Both the position numbers and the translations under genes were made by a program. A model generated the notes under the pieces. The model saw only the letters and a list, made by a program, of their open reading frames with translations, ran no database searches and was not told where the DNA came from. A stretch of DNA of 58,193 nt, counting the filler, from Basidiobolus ranarum (lineage: Eukaryota): NCBI GenBank assembly GCA_040143965.1. It is 4 parts of 4 records of this genome, joined end to end, with 100 filler letters (N's around TTAATTAATTAA, not from the genome) between each part and the next. Parts side by side here need not be neighbours in the genome. Positions count along the whole stretch, not along the records: positions 43,747 to 58,193 come from JASJQH010007300.1; 3 more parts are not named here. The stretch is one strand, 5' to 3'. Positions 53,404 through 58,193 of this stretch are shown here, piece by piece. The first letter of the stretch is position 1. Each line of letters starts with the position of its first letter.

Positions 53404-54346
53404 ATGGAACTTCCACATCTCGGTAAAAATTGTACTCTGAATGACTGTAACCAACTAGGTAAGGATTCTTCTTACTAGAGGAGAAATTCAGTTGAATTTC
53501 ATAGCTACTACTAATGGAATCCCTTATTTTAACAGATTTCTTGCCATACAAATGTCACTTATGTAAACGTGATTTCTGGTAATGCTTTTCAACATGGTAC
53601 ACTTTTTCAAATCTCTATATAGTTTGTTGACCGTGAACTCTAGTCAAGATCACTGGAGGCCTGAACAGCACCAGTGTCCATACGAGCAGGAAGTTAGCGA
53701 TGTACGAGTTCCAGTATGTCCTTTGTGTGAGAAACCAGTACCGGTGAATAAAGGAGAAAACCCAAACCGACGGGTAAACCAATTTTATACCTTCTTTTCG
53801 GTTGGATAAAACGCGGTACTAAAACTAATGCTCAGATTGATGAACATATAAGAAAAGGATGTAAAGATCCTGGAACTACTACAGACAGTTCTCCTGCCTA
53901 TAGAAACGTATGTTCATATTCTACCTGTAAGACGAAAGTATTGGTTTCCGCCAAGTGTCCTGCTTGTCACAAGCAGTACTGTTTAAAGCACCGCTTTGAG
54001 GTGGATCATGACTGTCCCAAAGATGCCAAACCTGGAGGTAATCATTGTTATGATGGTATTTCTGGTTCTGTACACTCATTGATTGATTTCACACAGGCTC
54101 CAGTAAACCGTCCAGAACCCCCAAACTGTCGATGTTCAATGGGTATGAGAGCAGTTCAAATATCACTTGTCTCAACATTAGGTTAAACTTTTCAATGTAT
54201 TAATAGAACGAAGCCTCCTCCATCGAACGCACATAAAGAGGTACTCACTCCCAGATCCCACATATCTATGTTCCATTTTACTAACTTGACCCCTCTTATG
54301 TCAGAAGTCTGGTAAATCCAAATCCAAGCACTGCCTCATCAGTTAG
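53404..54346 (+). CDS. AN1-type zinc finger protein (ZFAND2/AIRAP-like) with C-terminal CaaX
   Basis: MELPHLGKNC...CNQL|DFLPYKC..C...FC|..H, VPVCPLCEKPVPV, C..CHKQYCLKHRFEVDHDC; ends HCLIS*. Confidence 0.9.
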
Positions 54347-55477
54347 AAATATCCTTGCCTTAGTAACTTATCACTATTTCCATTTAATATACTTTCCTCT
54401 CATATTCATTGTTTATTAATTTTGTTTAATCTATCGCGTGCATTCTGCTATAATAAACTTTACCAAGTATACGCCTGGGGTAGTCACCCGGCTGTCGAGG
54501 TCCTTTGCACTCGTGCAGTCTTGGACTTGCTGCCCGCACTCGTGTGTTTACCGAAAGCGGCCACGTAGCAAGAGTTTTCTATGAATAGTGCGTAAATGGA
54601 GATGTAGAGAGTAACGAGACTAGGTGCTATGATAGGTGATGAATCCCACTTAAAAATAAAGCATCAGGATATTGGTGAGAAAATGGTCATTTCTGAGCTG
54701 GTTCTTTACTGGAGATATAACGAGTTGGGCTCGTATGAAGGAAAAAATACCTTTTATTTCTTAAACATCCTTCATATTGGGGGAGTGTGACATCTATATT
54801 TAGCATTGTGGACTAGTCTAAATACTATGAGCGAGACAGTTTTAGTGTTGCACACTTGACTTGAAATTCTTCGACCGTTCTGATATTAATGAGCGCTGTA
54901 TGGCTTTCGCGTTCAATATCAATAGGGCTCATCAAAACCAGGTAGGATAATCATTTATCCGGATTTTTGGCCCGAAATCTAGAACCAATAATCAATTCAG
55001 ATTTACTACGCTTTTGGAATTCCAAGTCAATTTTGACTCAGTATCTCCGCATGCATAAACCCACCCAGCCCAATGTCAAACCGTCGGTTGGGTGGCTCTA
55101 ACCATGGTCACATGACTATACATCAATGTACTTCTTGAAATTGTCAAGATTGGTGTCAGAAAATACCTGTCGTTGACTTATTTGGAGAATGAATTAGAAT
55201 TCATCAAAGCAGACGTCATGTGGGTTGATTTAATTTGTCTCATACAGTAGAAATTGACGATGGCTTGGATCAAGATTGATGGTGCTTTTATTAGAGTGTC
55301 TTAGACGACCAATGTTGTGGGCTCGGTTTCAGCAGAGTATTCACCATCGTTTCTCCACATGCAGCACACTCCCCACCGACAAAATAACTGATCATTGGTT
55401 TCAAGGCATGCATCTCGGTGCTGTGCTTCCATGGTAAAATAGGACCCTAGACAATCTATCCTTACAAAGAGAAGCAC

Positions 55478-55535
55478 TAATTAACACCGCACATAATGGC
55501 TTACTATAATTAACACCGCACATAATGGCTTACTA
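55478..55535 (+). repeat. Perfect 29-bp tandem duplication
   Basis: taattaacaccgcacataatggcttacta x2. Confidence 0.9.
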
Positions 55536-55782
55536 TTGCGATGAATTCTCCAAATCCAATAACAATATCCTAGGAGCGATGATCGTATTTCCTTTTCTTA
55601 CAAGTGGATCGATTCACTATTCAGGAGGTTCATAATAGTCAGGCGAGTCTCCAAAAATAGTGATTTCCACTTAAAGTGTTCTATTCTAAGCTGAACACTG
55701 TGATAAAGAAATATAAAAAGGGCCACAGCAGTTGGATAGCTATCAGTTAAACCCATCAGATCATATCTTTAACCCTTTGAAC

Positions 55783-56338
55783 ATGAACTGGCTCATCAGA
55801 TACTTCCTTTTGGCTATCATTGCAGTTTCTGTGGTCCTAGGCCAAACCACTTCCGTCACCACGAGTTCGTCTGCAGCTGCTTGTAAGCCTCTTAATGAAT
55901 TCAAGGTGTCTATTGTCCTTCTTTAACCTATTCTTTATTTTGACAGCTGCCACACCCGAATCCCAGGTCGAGTCGTGCATTAAACAACAAAACTGTGCTC
56001 CAGCAGATGTTGCTTGCCGTGCTAAATGTGCACAGGTTCCTAACCCCGATGCAACCATGGTCAATAATACAAATAACTGTGTCGCTCAGTGCGACCAAAC
56101 CAATGCCACTGCATATGCTCAATGTAAGAGTAACTGTATAAACACTTACTACGGCCCTAACCCAAGTAACAGTACCAGTAGTAATGGAAATAATGGCTCT
56201 ACAACTGGCAGTGGAGGTGGCAATAGCACTTCTACCAATGGAAACGGTGGGTCTAACAAAACCAGCTCTGCCTCCAATCTTATTGCCTCCATTATAGTGT
56301 CTGGTTGTATCCTAGGTACCACCATAGCTATCCTATGA
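55783..56338 (+). CDS. Secreted Cys-rich, probably GPI-anchored surface protein
   Basis: Signal peptide, one intron (55883-55946), Cys-spaced domain (C..QNC....VACRAKC..VPNP...CVAQC...C..NC), Ser/Gly/Asn linker and hydrophobic tail. TATAAAA lies upstream. Confidence 0.85.
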
Positions 56339-57134
56339 TCCACTTATAATGAGGCGAATCCACACACTGTTGATTTCCTTTTATCTCCTGAGCACAATCT
56401 GTTACATATCCTGCTTAAATAGCAAGATCATTTTTTGTGAAATAAATGTCTATTACATCGAATTTGTATTCCTTTGAATTCGAATCTTGAGCTACACAGT
56501 GGACAAGTGAACCAGGGAAACATAACGTAAATTCTGAGTTTTCAATCGAAATACCTCCCTTCCCCAAAGACTGTCAAAAGGGTTTGAGGTCCAACGAGAA
56601 CAATAGGAGGTTGCACACTTTTGTTGTCATACAAATTCTCCCAGAGGATGAAGATCCAGATTAGTATATTAGGAACCAATCTAATGGTTTGGGACGAAGA
56701 TCGGCAACACAACAAGGTGGTGTTACGCTGGACTATCCAGACCATCAGATATGACTACCATACGATTTCGTTGATGACAGATTCACTTCACTTGAACCTC
56801 TACCTCGGCCTCTACCAGTACCGAACTATGGAAGCCGAGTAAATATGTCAAATTGGATTAGGCAGTATGATTTCTTGCAACTCTTTCTTGCTTGTTTATA
56901 TTGAATCATTCATTTATTCCTTAGATTATGAAGGCGCTCGATATCTCTGTCACACTGAGAAATGTGCATTGGTTGTCAGGGTAACCGTGTTGCATTCCCC
57001 AAATTACTTTCCCATTAGTAATCGAAAGTTCCCAGTGATGTCATTGGCGGAGTTTAGCCTGAGCGTTTGCACAGTGCGAATTCATATAAAATGACAGTTG
57101 AGTGAGATTCAAGAATAAACTCCTCCATTCCAGC

Positions 57135-58193
57135 ATGAGCTACCAGGAATACACATTCAAGCTGAATAACGGGGAACTTATGCCAGCGATTGGACTAGGT
57201 ACTTACGAGGCGAACAACACCGCCGATAAGGAAGAGGCCAAAGTTGCGGTAATGAAAGCGTTAGAGCATGGGTATAGACAGTTTGATTGCGCTCATGTCT
57301 ACCGTAATGAGAAGGAGATTGGTCAGGGATTTCAAAATACCAAAGTTTCAAGAGAGGATTATTTCGTAACTAGCAAATTGTAAGTAGAATGATCTCCAGT
57401 AGAGAATGATCAGGACGTTGGTTAATCATTCCTTCTCTTCATCCATAGATGGTGTAACTGTCATCGTGCTGAGGATGTTGAGAGTGCATTAGATGTGACG
57501 TTGTCTAATTTGAAGTTGGATTATCTGGATTTGTATCTGATGCACGTAAGCTACTTTGATACTTTTGCACGTTGAAGACAGGTGGAATTAAGTTTCCTTT
57601 ATCATAGTGGCCCTATGCCTTTAAATCCGGTAGTGATCCTTTTCCCCTAGATGATCAAGGCCGCATCATTATCGAAGATACCAGTATTATTGAAACATGG
57701 AAGGCTATGGAGAAATTGGTAGATATAGGAAAAGTGAAGTGTAAGTGAGGCCATGTCACGTGATATGCATGTTGATCACATACCAATAGTTAATACCGTG
57801 ACAGCAATTGGAGTTTCCAACTTTTCTGTCCCTCGACTTGAACAACTTCTGAGCAATTGTAAGATAGTTCCCGCCGTCAACCAAGTCGAGTTGCATCCAT
57901 ACCTCCCCCAGAATAGGCTCCTGGACTTCTGCAGCAAGCATCAAATCCATCTTACCGCTTATGCTCCATTAGGAGGCCCCAGATCTTCCTTAATGACGGA
58001 TGATGCTTTGGTGAGTTTCCTTTACAACGTATGCTATGTTCGAATCCATTCACTTACTTTCCCATTCGCTATACTCCATACTCCATAACCTAGATCCAAG
58101 ATATAGCCAAGAAACTGAACAAATCACCTGCGCAGGTGATCCTATCTTGGGGAATTCAGCGTGGAACATCTGTGGTACCCAAATCATCCAACG
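57135..58193 (+). CDS. Aldo-keto reductase (partial, runs off window)
   Basis: Motifs [48 protein letters not shown] and NQVELHPYL. Confidence 0.95.

Noticed and set aside
54471-54575. U1 snRNA, RNase MRP or hammerhead assignment for the GC-rich island
   Set aside because: Only partial motif resemblance (TTGCACT; GGGG-AGTC-CCCGG; CGAAA). It lacks ACTTACC, an Sm site, a clear CR-V and an intact CUGANGA core.

Overview
AT-rich, intron-rich eukaryotic DNA. It is most consistent with an early-diverging (non-Dikarya) fungus; a Basidiobolus-like/Zoopagomycota origin is an inference from gene content and short introns. The window is four contigs joined by 100-nt N gaps carrying a TTAATTAATTAA linker, so adjacency across gaps is not guaranteed. 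Recognisable genes: CSC1/OSCA channel, alginate-lyase-family enzyme, YTP1 (pseudogene), GID4/VID24, RlpA/DPBB protein, small secreted Cys-rich proteins, 5'-truncated VPS39, orphan 7TM protein, VSB1-like SulP-STAS-cNMP transporter with an in-frame TAA, SSK1-like response regulator, CK2 beta, STRAP, an MDR oxidoreductase, an AN1 zinc-finger protein and an aldo-keto reductase. Highlights: (1) an intact 12-intron class II (adenosylcobalamin-dependent) ribonucleotide reductase fused to an N-terminal BED-type zinc finger and NLS; (2) a U12-type AT-AC minor-spliceosome intron in CK2 beta; (3) an SSK1-like regulator with transmembrane helices and a degenerate histidine-kinase scaffold; (4) several decaying genes; (5) a composite fold-back MITE-like element. 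All gene models were spliced by eye and no database searches were run.
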